Assembly (NCBI GenBank): GCA_963714085.1
Contig: OY970229.1
Span: 1,312,001-1,376,000, forward strand
Origin: an uncultured Candidatus Micrarchaeota archaeon
Lineage (GTDB): Archaea; Micrarchaeota; Micrarchaeia; Anstonellales; Bilamarchaeaceae
DNA: 64,000 nucleotides
Reading direction: 5' to 3'
A model generated the notes under the pieces. The model had not been told where the DNA came from. It ran no database searches and worked only from the letters and a program-made list of their open reading frames with translations. Numbering within the stretch: position 1 is the stretch's first letter; the number at the start of each line of letters is the position of its first letter. Of the stretch, positions 36,817 to 45,842 are shown piece after piece. Position numbers and translations under genes: made by a program.

Positions 36817-37389
36817 ATGGCCGAGAAGCTCAACGAGAAAGAGAAGAAGTTCATGCTCGCCCTCGCGCGCGACGCGATAAAAAACTACCTGGAGAAGGGC
36901 GTGAAACCCGACGTCAAGCCCTCCGAGGTCCCGTCGAAGCGGCTCACCGAGGACGGCGCCTGCTTCGTCACGCTCCGCATCGGGAAGGACCTGCGCGGCT
37001 GCATCGGCTCGCTCGAGGCGCACCGGCCCCTTGTGATGGACGTGGTGGACAACGCCATCAGCTCGGCCTTCGGCGACCCGAGGTTCAGCGGACTCAGGAA
37101 GCAGGAGTTCGCGAAGATAAAAATAAGCATATCCGTGCTCACGAAACCCATCCCGTTCCCGGTCAGCGGCCCGGACGATTTGCTCAAGAAGCTTGTTGCC
37201 GGAAAGCACGGATTGATCCTCAAGCAGGGGTGGGCCAGGGCCACGTTCCTGCCCGCGGTCTGGGAGGAGCTCCCGGACAAGGAGCAGTTCCTCTCGCAGC
37301 TGAGCATGAAGGCCGGCCTCTCGCCTGACGCCTGGAAGGACCCTGAGACGGAGTTCGAGGTCTACGAGGCCGAGGAGTTCTCGGAATGA
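36817..37389 (+). CDS. amrA: AmmeMemoRadiSam protein A (AMMECR1 family)
   Basis: ACFVTL..LRGCIG, DPRF, ATFLPAVW. Confidence 0.93.
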   Translation: MAEKLNEKEKKFMLALARDAIKNYLEKGVKPDVKPSEVPSKRLTEDGACFVTLRIGKDLRGCIGSLEAHRPLVMDVVDNAISSAFGDPRFSGLRKQEFAKIKISISVLTKPIPFPVSGPDDLLKKLVAGKHGLILKQGWARATFLPAVWEELPDKEQFLSQLSMKAGLSPDAWKDPETEFEVYEAEEFSE

Positions 37390-37437
37390 CAACGACTTTA
37401 CTCGACTTTTTATAACTTTGCAGACAATATGGTGTTC

Positions 37438-38610
37438 ATGGGAAAGTCAGTCTTCCTCATGACCGATGCGCAAGGGGCGGCAGCGGCAGCACAGGCATGC
37501 AGGCTCAAGGAGAAATTGGAGAGGTCCAGCCTCAGCCTCAGTGGTCCGCTCTCGGACAAGGGGGGCGCGGTGGAGCGGTTCGTGGGTGATGTCCGGGTCA
37601 TGGCAGAATTCATCGGGACCGATGAGCTCAGCATGGCCGTGCGCAATCTCATGCCGCGGAACAAGCCATCCATAAACGCTCTGCAGGCCACGATACCGAT
37701 GCTCGAAGTGCCGTTCATCCTGGCCGAAGCGCCGGAATGCGGATGGGGTGACTATCCGGTAAGCGCGGGAGAGGCGGCATCGGCCCCCACCGTCGGATTC
37801 AACGGAGGCTTGGCAAGGCCGCTATGCATAGCCGAGCTCACCACGCTCGCCGTGTCCGTGCTCAGGAGGCTCGGATTCGCGTGCCATTTCTCGATATCCA
37901 GCTGCTGCGCGTCCGAACCCGGCGAAAATCCCGCATCAGGAACGGAGAGCCGCATCGTACCCACGATCGTCATGCCCACGGACGATGATTTCCTGCTGCT
38001 GTCCGTGATCCATGACCAGGAGGGCTTCTTTTCTATGTACCCTCCGGTCTTTTCCGAGGCGCTGGATGACGACGCGCTCATGGCGTTCCTCGAGCTCAAT
38101 GACGCATGGTACCATGCCAAGACGCTGATGGCGGACATGTCGAAGCGTGCGATAAAGTTCGACGGCGAGCCCGAGCTCAGGTCCGCGCAAATCGGCCATC
38201 TGCTCAGCGAAGGGGCGTCCCACTGGTCCCTGTCCGAAGCCGAGGCGGACGCGGCCGATGCGAGGGGGCTCATTGGGTCGGATGCGATCAAGAGCTACAG
38301 GGAGGCCAACGGGCAAGAGGTCGTAAGGACCCTGACCGATCCAAAGCGCCATGAAAGAATGGCCGCTTGGGCGATGCTCTGCGACGACCTCAAGCGCGCG
38401 CTTAGCGAAACCCCGGATGCGGACGAGCCTGGGGTCGCCTCGCTCCATCGTAAGCTCGCAGTCTCCAGCCACACCTGCTGCGTGCCGCAGTTCAGGGACT
38501 ACCTGAATCAGTGCATACCTATAGTCAATAAGCACCTGCACCCGGCTTCGGACTGCCGGGCGGATGGAAGACCAAGTGAAACAGGCAATTCGGCGAACCG
38601 ATTAGATTAG
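37438..38610 (+). CDS. Hypothetical protein, paralog 1 (possible degenerate transglutaminase-like fold)
   Basis: Shares MGKSVF, GPxxDKxGA, LExPFI, NGGLARP, LTTLAxSVLR, HLHxAS with the next gene. Confidence 0.75.
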   Translation: MGKSVFLMTDAQGAAAAAQACRLKEKLERSSLSLSGPLSDKGGAVERFVGDVRVMAEFIGTDELSMAVRNLMPRNKPSINALQATIPMLEVPFILAEAPECGWGDYPVSAGEAASAPTVGFNGGLARPLCIAELTTLAVSVLRRLGFACHFSISSCCASEPGENPASGTESRIVPTIVMPTDDDFLLLSVIHDQEGFFSMYPPVFSEALDDDALMAFLELNDAWYHAKTLMADMSKRAIKFDGEPELRSAQIGHLLSEGASHWSLSEAEADAADARGLIGSDAIKSYREANGQEVVRTLTDPKRHERMAAWAMLCDDLKRALSETPDADEPGVASLHRKLAVSSHTCCVPQFRDYLNQCIPIVNKHLHPASDCRADGRPSETGNSANRLD

Positions 38611-38695
38611 GGAAAAGGAGCGATTCCCGGAATAGAAAATCATTCTGGTAACTACTTTACTTAACTTTTTATAACTTTGCAGATAATATACAATC

Positions 38696-39790
38696 ATGGG
38701 AAAGTCAGTCTTCTTCGGGCCTTCAAAGGAAAAGGACGCGCAAATCAAGCAGATGCGAAAGCTGCGGGACAAATTCGGCCTGGACAGCCTTAAGCTCGAC
38801 GGGCCGTTCTTGGACAAGTCGGGCGCGGCAGCGAAAATAGCTGCCCAAGTGCAGTCGTGGACCGAAGATTCCCCCAGGGACAACGTGATACAGACCGCCG
38901 TACGCACCCTCCTGCCGCAGAACAAGCTTCCTGGAAACCTTCCGTCAGACTGCAGATCCAGGCTGGAAATCCCGTTCATCGCAGGCACCGCCCCGGGAGG
39001 CTGGCAGAAGCGCTATCCGGAGATCGCAGGAGAGACGGCATCAGCCGGCGCCGTGGAATACAACGGGGGCCTGGCAAGGCCGGCGGGTGCGGTTGCTCTC
39101 ACAACCCTCGCCATGTCCGTGCTCAGGATGCTCGGAGTCGAGTGCTATTTTTCGCAATGCACCTGCATCCCGAACATTCCCGAAGAGGCGCTTCCCGCGG
39201 GAACAGAGGCCACCATCGTCCTGCATGTCCTGCCCTTACGAACCGCGCCTATAATCATCGTACCCGACGGCCCGCGGCCCAGGCAGTTATCGCTGATTCC
39301 CGACTATGGCTTTTTCTCGAATGTCACGAACCTCTCGTTCGAGGTGCTGGATAGCGACGCGCTCATGGCGTTGATCAAGCTGCATAACGCGCGCCGGCAT
39401 GCCATGGCTCTGATGACGGACTTGATGAACTATCTGCCAGGGTCCGACGAAGAGCGCACCTCCAGGGCCGTGCGGATCGGGCATATGGTCCATGAAGGCG
39501 TGTCGCTCTGGAAACTGTCCGATGCGGAGGAAGACCTCGGAAGCGCAAGGAAGCTTTTCGGGCCGTACGAGCACCAGCTGAATAGCGCCAGGTATGACCT
39601 CGAGGACGATATCGTGCACGCTATCACCTGCCTCGAACGCCATGCCGAGGTGGCCGCTTTGGTGATGCGCACCGAAGACTTCCATGGGCCTCCATTCACC
39701 GATTATATGGACCTGGCGCGTCTGATGAACGAGCACCTGCACGAGGCTTCGGAATGCAATGCCGATAGCGGCGGCGAAAAGAAGAATTGA
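38696..39790 (+). CDS. Hypothetical protein, paralog 2
   Basis: Same motifs; duplicated promoter ACTTTTTATAACTTTGCAGA. Confidence 0.75.
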   Translation: MGKSVFFGPSKEKDAQIKQMRKLRDKFGLDSLKLDGPFLDKSGAAAKIAAQVQSWTEDSPRDNVIQTAVRTLLPQNKLPGNLPSDCRSRLEIPFIAGTAPGGWQKRYPEIAGETASAGAVEYNGGLARPAGAVALTTLAMSVLRMLGVECYFSQCTCIPNIPEEALPAGTEATIVLHVLPLRTAPIIIVPDGPRPRQLSLIPDYGFFSNVTNLSFEVLDSDALMALIKLHNARRHAMALMTDLMNYLPGSDEERTSRAVRIGHMVHEGVSLWKLSDAEEDLGSARKLFGPYEHQLNSARYDLEDDIVHAITCLERHAEVAALVMRTEDFHGPPFTDYMDLARLMNEHLHEASECNADSGGEKKN

Positions 39791-39792
39791 CT

Positions 39793-40533
39793 TCACTGAA
39801 GCAGTCCAGATATCCCCAGGACTTCCTCCTTGCCGAGCGTGCGGACCTTCCTCTTCTCATACTTCCCTAGCGCTCCGAGCTCGTCCTTCTCGAACATCTT
39901 GGAGTCGAGCAGCGCGTTGCGCACGGTCTTGTTCTTGTGCGTGAAAAGGCACCGGATCACGTTCTCCTCGAACTGCGTGAGCGTCCTCCCCGTGGGCTTC
40001 AGCATTATCATGGCCGAGTCCACTTTGGGCGCGGGCCGGAAAAGGTGGCGCGGCACCAGCTGCACGAGCTCCACCTCGAAAGCTAGCTGCGCGGTCACGG
40101 ACAGGCGCCCATAGTTCTTGTCCTTCGGAGTCGCGGCCATCTTCTGCGCGAACTCCTTCTGGACGATGAGGACGGCGCGCTCGAATTTAACCCTCGCTAT
40201 CCTGAAGATGATCTGCGACGTGATGTAATACGGGATGTTCCCTGCGATCAGGTCCACGTCCGGCAATTCGAATTCAAGGAAATCCGCTTCAATCAGCGTC
40301 AGGTTCTTCCCTTTGAACTTTTCGCTCAGAAGCTCCGCCATCCGCGGGTCCTTCTCTATGGCGAATAATCTCGACGGCCCGAGCTCGAGTATCTTCTCCG
40401 TCAGCCTTCCGTCCCCAGGGCCGATCTCCAGGACGGTCCGTCCTTCTGGCTTGAGCAGCGCGGCCTCCTTGCGTAGTATGTTCTGGTCCATGAGGAAGTT
40501 CTGGCCCAGGGATTTCTTGGCTCTCAGTTCCAT
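39793..40533 (-). CDS. ksgA: 16S rRNA dimethyladenosine transferase
   Basis: KKSLGQNFL, LEIGPG, GNIPYYIT, YGRLSV, PKVDS. Confidence 0.96.
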   Translation of the reverse strand: MELRAKKSLGQNFLMDQNILRKEAALLKPEGRTVLEIGPGDGRLTEKILELGPSRLFAIEKDPRMAELLSEKFKGKNLTLIEADFLEFELPDVDLIAGNIPYYITSQIIFRIARVKFERAVLIVQKEFAQKMAATPKDKNYGRLSVTAQLAFEVELVQLVPRHLFRPAPKVDSAMIMLKPTGRTLTQFEENVIRCLFTHKNKTVRNALLDSKMFEKDELGALGKYEKRKVRTLGKEEVLGISGLLQ

Positions 40534-40549
40534 GGTAGCGAATTGGTTG

Positions 40550-41977
40550 TCAAATCTTCTTAACCGTTCCCCTGTTGCCGTCCACTTCCACCATGTCCCC
40601 GGTCCTTATCGCCTTTGTCGCGATCTTGGTCCCCACGACGCAGGGGATGCCGAATTCGCGGGATATCACCGCAGCGTGGCAGAGGATTCCGCCTTCGTTG
40701 GTGACGACCGCGGCGGCCTTTTTCATGGCTGTCACGAAATCAGGGGTCGTCATGGAGGTGACAAGGACCTCCCCGGGATTGATTTTCGCGGCTTCGGAGG
40801 CGCTCATGGTCACCAAAGCCCTCCCCCTCGCGATGCCGCCGCTCGCAGGCGCGCCGCCCAGCTCCAGCTGCTCAGAGTCGTGCCTTATGTGCGGGTCGAG
40901 GCGTTTCCATGCATCCGCAGCATCCTCGCTGAAGCATTCGATGGCATCCTTGTCCGGCCGCCAGACCGCGAGGAAACTGCGCATCCGCTTCCCGAGCAGC
41001 GAGGTGTCGAAACTTCCATCCAGGATCCCCTGCACTTCCGAGGCCATGCTGTATTTCATGGCCTTGAGGGCAAGCCCCTTCCTCCGCCCGATCTCCGCCA
41101 GGACCGAATCAAGGTGGTGGAGCGCCTTCATGATGTACTCCTTGCGGTAATCCTGGTACCAGGCGAAGAATTCCAGGAGCTCTATGAGCTTACGCTGCTC
41201 CTGCGTCAGCTTCAGGCTTTCCATGAGTTGCTGCTTCTTTTCAAGGATTGCATGGAATTCTTTTTTGGTCTTCTCCAGGTAGGCGGTCGGATCGCCGTTC
41301 TTCAAAAGCAGGATGAGCTGGGAGCTGAAGAAATCCATCCCTAAAATTTCAGTGGAGAAATAATTGTTGTGCAGCCAGAAGTACTTCCGCGCATGGCCGC
41401 GTAAATCGCTTTCAACATCCGCGCCGTCCTGCGCCTTGATCGCGATGGAAAGCAGGTCTTTGAGCTCCCTCATGGAGAACGACTCGCGGGGAGAGATGGT
41501 GAGCGCAGAAAGCTGCGCGTCGATGTCCTTCTCCGCGACGCCTTTCTCACTGAGCAGTACGCGCACCTGCCGCTCTCCGTCCAGGCCCACAGGCTCGACC
41601 AGCGCGCCAGGGACGAACCATTCCACGAGGCCCCTCTTGATGAGCAGGTAGTGGTCGAAGAGCCCGCGTTCGGTGAGCTTTGCGAGGTCTGCTTGTTGCG
41701 AGGTTTCGAATATCCGGTCGAGCTTCTGCGCTGTACGTGCTATGTCCTGCTCCAGCGCCTTCCTCTTTTCTGGTTTCAGGCAGGCCGATATAAGGTGCCT
41801 GCCATAGTCCTCCAATTCATCAAGAGGGGTCATCCAGTGTATGATGTCGCCTTTGTAGTGCAGGTACGTCGTCGGCCATGGCCTTCCGCAGTAGTCCCTC
41901 GTCGGCTTCGCCCATGCCTCCATGCAGAGGAGTATCGGGTGGACGGTGGCTTCCCGCTCCCATTCGAACCATCGCAT
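40550..41977 (-). CDS. Protein with C-terminal PEP-utilizing phospho-His (swivel) domain
   Basis: VLVTSMTTPD..TNEGGILCHAAVISREFGIPCVVG; no ATP-grasp domain recognised. Confidence 0.85.
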   Translation of the reverse strand: MRWFEWEREATVHPILLCMEAWAKPTRDYCGRPWPTTYLHYKGDIIHWMTPLDELEDYGRHLISACLKPEKRKALEQDIARTAQKLDRIFETSQQADLAKLTERGLFDHYLLIKRGLVEWFVPGALVEPVGLDGERQVRVLLSEKGVAEKDIDAQLSALTISPRESFSMRELKDLLSIAIKAQDGADVESDLRGHARKYFWLHNNYFSTEILGMDFFSSQLILLLKNGDPTAYLEKTKKEFHAILEKKQQLMESLKLTQEQRKLIELLEFFAWYQDYRKEYIMKALHHLDSVLAEIGRRKGLALKAMKYSMASEVQGILDGSFDTSLLGKRMRSFLAVWRPDKDAIECFSEDAADAWKRLDPHIRHDSEQLELGGAPASGGIARGRALVTMSASEAAKINPGEVLVTSMTTPDFVTAMKKAAAVVTNEGGILCHAAVISREFGIPCVVGTKIATKAIRTGDMVEVDGNRGTVKKI

Positions 41978-42591
41978 CAGCTCACGCTCCTGCCCGCCAG
42001 TCGCTGGCTGAAGTACTGTTTTTTCGGCAAGCCCAGCTCTTCCCTAACGGAGACGATGCGCCTGTAATAATGGCCGCGCATGGCTTCCGGCTTGTATTCG
42101 TATATCTCATCCCCGTAAAAGAAGGCGTCCAGCAGGTCTGCATCCTTGATCAGCTCCGCCAGTGCGCCATCCGAATATACGTGCTTGTCGCTGTGCGCCG
42201 CCACCGCTTTCTCGACTTCCGCCATCTCGTGCTCCGAGAATTGGCCGGTCTCTTCAAGCAGCGCCCGAGCGACGGGCCCGCCGAGGCGGCCATGGTCCTT
42301 GTAATTGCCGTGGATTATAACGTAGATATCATGAAGGGCCGCGGCTACGGCCGCCAGTTCCTCGTCCACGCCCCTCTTCTGCGCGAGCAGCTTCGCGAAC
42401 TGTATGACCGAAGACGAGTGCTTGAGCTCCCACTGAACCGAGCTCTCCCTGTCTTCCTGCGGCAGCTTCGAAGACAGCAGCATCTCGATAACCTTAGCCT
42501 GTATCTTTTCGCTCCTGTTCATGCCGTCGTGTACGAAATAATGGAAACCCGAAGGATTGTTCGTTTTCATGTCAACCGTGTCCATTGCCAT
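41977..42591 (-). CDS. HD-domain protein
   Basis: LKHS..AALHDI..DHG..AHS..KDADLLD. Confidence 0.88.
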   Translation of the reverse strand: MAMDTVDMKTNNPSGFHYFVHDGMNRSEKIQAKVIEMLLSSKLPQEDRESSVQWELKHSSSVIQFAKLLAQKRGVDEELAAVAAALHDIYVIIHGNYKDHGRLGGPVARALLEETGQFSEHEMAEVEKAVAAHSDKHVYSDGALAELIKDADLLDAFFYGDEIYEYKPEAMRGHYYRRIVSVREELGLPKKQYFSQRLAGRSVS

Positions 42592-42630
42592 AGCGGATAT
42601 TGATGACTAGCGATTTATTTATTAAATCAC

Positions 42631-42651
42631 TACTACTATATGATAGTAGTA
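42631..42651. promoter_or_regulatory. Inverted repeat TACTACTAT-N3-ATAGTAGTA, TrmB-type operator candidate
   Basis: Perfect 9-bp arms abutting the regulator start codon. Confidence 0.6.
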
Positions 42652-43409
42652 TGTATGACGATATCCTACGAAAGCTCGGCATGTCTCCCAACGAGGTGAA
42701 GGCGTACCTGGCGCTACTCTCGCTAGGGAAGACCACGACCGGGCCGCTTGTGAAGAGGACTGGGATACCGTCCTCGAGGATATACGCGACGCTCGATTCC
42801 CTGGTGGAGAAGGGTGCGGTAGGGTTCGTCGTGCAGGGCAAGGTGAAATGGTTCAACGCCAACAGGCCCGAAGTCCTCGGTCACCTCATAGACCTCAAGG
42901 AGCAGGAGCTGGAGCTGACAAAGCACGAGTTCGAATCCGTGTTGCCTGGTTTGTCGGTGGAATACGCGACTGAGAAACAGACCTACAGCGTGGAGGTGCT
43001 GGAAGGCCTCAGGGGCATCAAGTCGGTCTACGATTTCTCGCTGGCTCTGCTCCGGCCCGGGGATTGCATCTATAGCCTGGGATATCCGATGCTGGCGAGC
43101 CGGCTGCTCGACGCCTATTTCAAGGATTACCACCGGAAGCTGCGCAAAAGGAGGCTCAGGGCGAAGACCATCTATGATTACGACGCCTGGTTCGCGAAGA
43201 AACGCGCTCCACGACCCCATGCGGAGGAGCGTTATCTCCCAAAGGGTATCCACACCCCCGGATTCATCCACATCGTGAAGGACTATGTCGCCATCATGGT
43301 CGTTACGGAGAAGCAGAAGACCGCCATCCTCATAAAGAACAGGGAGGTCGCGGAGAGCTATATGCAGTATTTCAACCTGATATGGGGCGTCTCGCACCGG
43401 ACACGATAG
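42651..43409 (+). CDS. TrmB-family transcriptional regulator
   Basis: LGMSPNEVKAYLALL..TGIPSSRIYATLDSLVEKG, VEVLEGLRGIK. Confidence 0.9.
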   Translation: MYDDILRKLGMSPNEVKAYLALLSLGKTTTGPLVKRTGIPSSRIYATLDSLVEKGAVGFVVQGKVKWFNANRPEVLGHLIDLKEQELELTKHEFESVLPGLSVEYATEKQTYSVEVLEGLRGIKSVYDFSLALLRPGDCIYSLGYPMLASRLLDAYFKDYHRKLRKRRLRAKTIYDYDAWFAKKRAPRPHAEERYLPKGIHTPGFIHIVKDYVAIMVVTEKQKTAILIKNREVAESYMQYFNLIWGVSHRTR

Positions 43410-43413
43410 AAAA

Positions 43414-43460
43414 TCAGAATGCGTTCGTCTCGTCCTCTCTTCTCTATTGCCAGCACGCAG
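43414..43460 (-). pseudogene. Degenerate duplicate of the DUF357 gene 3' end
   Basis: Reads CVLAIE..DETNAF* versus CVLVIEGKKDEENAF* at 45023-45071; 2 nt shorter. Confidence 0.75.
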
Positions 43461-43538
43461 CGGTAAGCCCTGCCCATATTCGATATAAAATTAGAGAAAC
43501 AGCAACAATTTAAAAATGGTTTCCAGTATCATAAAAGC

Positions 43539-45026
43539 ATGGATATGACTTTGCCTAGTTACATCACGATAGAGCGCGGAGAGTCGACCTCGATTTGCAC
43601 GATAACCCTTGGCCGGGTCGTGCAGCAGCCTGTAGAGTATGGGGTCTCCGGAGACGGGATTCGCGGCGGGGTCGGAATGGCGAAAAAGCCATGCGCCAGC
43701 TATGACATTTCGCTGCTTGTAGGGAACATCTTCGGCAGCCAGGCATTGGATTCCGCAGACGTATGGGAAGGTCAGGGTGCCTGGAGGGGCGGCGGTTTTG
43801 GGGGCGGCTACACGAGCGACAATAATTCACGGACAACAATCGACTTTTTCGTGGGCCTGAGCCGCGAAGTCCTCCATATAGAATTCGAAACCGAGATGGA
43901 GAATCCGCTCGATTACATCCCGCCTTGGTCGGACAAAGAGAAAAGGCAGGTCATCACCATAAAAGCCAGGAATAAAATGATGGAAACGATGCTCAACCAC
44001 CCTGAATTCCTGGACATATGCAGCGTCCTTCGGGCCGGGCCGGCTGCAAGGTACAAGCCGAGAGCGCACGAGTTCAAGATGGACATTGGAAGGCCCGTGT
44101 TCCAGCCCATGGCAGGGGTTGCGATCACCGGGGCTGCCGCGCAAGGCGACGTGGCAGTGGTGTTAGGAAGAATCTACGGGGAACGGATACTCCACAATGT
44201 CGAGACTGCGACCGAAAGGCCGCGCAGGACACGGAAAATTATCGTGAAACCCCAGACGCTCAAATACCAGGGATTAGAAATCAAGCGCCCCGAACCAGTG
44301 CCGGACCAGATGGTGGAATCGACGCATTTCAGCGAGTGGAACATCGTGAGGGAGTTCACTTTCAAATCGGAAGGCAAGCCTATCACCGCGTGCTTCGAAA
44401 CTGCATTCAAGGCGGGCGAACCCGACCCCCTGCCTGCAGAAGATGCTGCGGCAAGGCAGGTAATCACGATAAAGGGCCCGAAAGACCTGGTCGAAATGGT
44501 TTCAGGATATGGAGGCCTGGAAGCTCTGTGCACTGAATTGAGAGAAAGGGACGTCGCGACGCTACAGAAAAAAGTGGCAGCTGCGACGACCGCGCCGATT
44601 CCAGACCCAAAAACGCCGCGAGGCTATGGCCCGAGATTCCCGAAGAGGACGGAATCCGGCGTTGATGAGCGTCAACCGTGTTTCAGTGACGGCATAAGCG
44701 TCCCGCCGAGGTTCAGGGACGAGCGGCAGGGCGGTTTCCACGATGACGGGCGCGGCAGGTTCGAGCGTGACCGCTCGGAGGTCTTGCAGATATGGAAAGA
44801 CGGGCATTCAGATCATAAGGGATTGCCGGGTGCCTCAAGAAGGGAAAGGGACAACAGGCGCCCGTTCAGGGAAGGCGATTTCGTGAGGCCTCCGGCGAGG
44901 TTCAGACAGCCCGAGCCTCCAAAATCGCAGTCCAAACCGCCGGCCAATACCGCTGAAGGGATCGCAAGGCTGACGATGAAACCGACCAGGCTTGGTTACG
45001 ACCGGCTCGGCAGGCGCACGCGCTAG
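43539..45026 (+). CDS. Hypothetical protein with internal duplicated domain and disordered basic tail
   Basis: FET..RQVITIK..E....C..LR occurs twice. Confidence 0.7.
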   Translation: MDMTLPSYITIERGESTSICTITLGRVVQQPVEYGVSGDGIRGGVGMAKKPCASYDISLLVGNIFGSQALDSADVWEGQGAWRGGGFGGGYTSDNNSRTTIDFFVGLSREVLHIEFETEMENPLDYIPPWSDKEKRQVITIKARNKMMETMLNHPEFLDICSVLRAGPAARYKPRAHEFKMDIGRPVFQPMAGVAITGAAAQGDVAVVLGRIYGERILHNVETATERPRRTRKIIVKPQTLKYQGLEIKRPEPVPDQMVESTHFSEWNIVREFTFKSEGKPITACFETAFKAGEPDPLPAEDAAARQVITIKGPKDLVEMVSGYGGLEALCTELRERDVATLQKKVAAATTAPIPDPKTPRGYGPRFPKRTESGVDERQPCFSDGISVPPRFRDERQGGFHDDGRGRFERDRSEVLQIWKDGHSDHKGLPGASRRERDNRRPFREGDFVRPPARFRQPEPPKSQSKPPANTAEGIARLTMKPTRLGYDRLGRRTR

Positions 45027-45274
45027 AATGCATTCTCTTCATCCTTCTTTCCTTCTATTACCAGCACGCAGTCTATGAACCCGTAGGCGTAATTCGCGGC
45101 TCCGAAGCTGGTGAAATAGTCCCCCTTGTCGTAGTAGTGCTTCGCATCCTTGGCGTAGTTCTCCGCCCATTCCATGACGGGCGGGTATTTCGCGTCGAGC
45201 CCGAGTTTCCTGAACTCCTCCAGTATGCGCTCGAGTTTCTTGAGGTCCTTCTCCGCGCGCGCCTTCTCGTCCAT
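45023..45274 (-). CDS. DUF357 family protein
   Basis: AENYAKDAKHYYDKGDYFTSFGAANYAYGFID. Confidence 0.88.
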   Translation of the reverse strand: MDEKARAEKDLKKLERILEEFRKLGLDAKYPPVMEWAENYAKDAKHYYDKGDYFTSFGAANYAYGFIDCVLVIEGKKDEENAF

Positions 45275-45275
45275 G

Positions 45276-45791
45276 TCAGATCTCCTGCACCAGCTCCTTG
45301 AGGTCCTTCCGTCTGGTCCGTTCAGGCTTCTCCGCTGGATATCCCACGGGGATGACCGCCACAGGGACCTCGTGCTCGCCCAGCCTCAGTATCCTGGACA
45401 CCTCGAGCGGGTCGAATCCGCCGACCCAGACGCTGCTCAGCCCCAGGGCGGTCGCTGCCAGCTGGCAGTATGCCGCGGCGATGGTCGCGTCCTGTATGGC
45501 ATAAAGCTCGTAGCCCCGCTCGGCGTACCTGGCCTCGGACTGCATCTTTTCCGCGCAGAAGACGAGCAAGGCCGGGGCATGCGCCACGGGCTCCTGCTCC
45601 ATGCAGGCGATCACCATGTCCTCCCTCGTCTTCCTGTCCCTCACCAGGAATATGCGGTACGCCTGCAGGCCCCCCGCGGAGGGCGCCAGGTTAACGGTAT
45701 CCAGCAGCCTCTTGAGCAGCTTCGGGTCTATCTTCCTGTCCTCGTAAACCCTCACCGACCTCCGTCCGTCCACGGTTTCGAAAAAGTCCAT
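45276..45791 (-). CDS. Nitroreductase family protein
   Basis: RRSVRVY, APSAGGLQ, LGLSSVWVG, PVGYP. Confidence 0.92.
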   Translation of the reverse strand: MDFFETVDGRRSVRVYEDRKIDPKLLKRLLDTVNLAPSAGGLQAYRIFLVRDRKTREDMVIACMEQEPVAHAPALLVFCAEKMQSEARYAERGYELYAIQDATIAAAYCQLAATALGLSSVWVGGFDPLEVSRILRLGEHEVPVAVIPVGYPAEKPERTRRKDLKELVQEI

Positions 45792-45842
45792 GCACAATAG
45801 CTTAAGCGAAACTAATAATAAACATCACGCGGAGAAGGTCAT

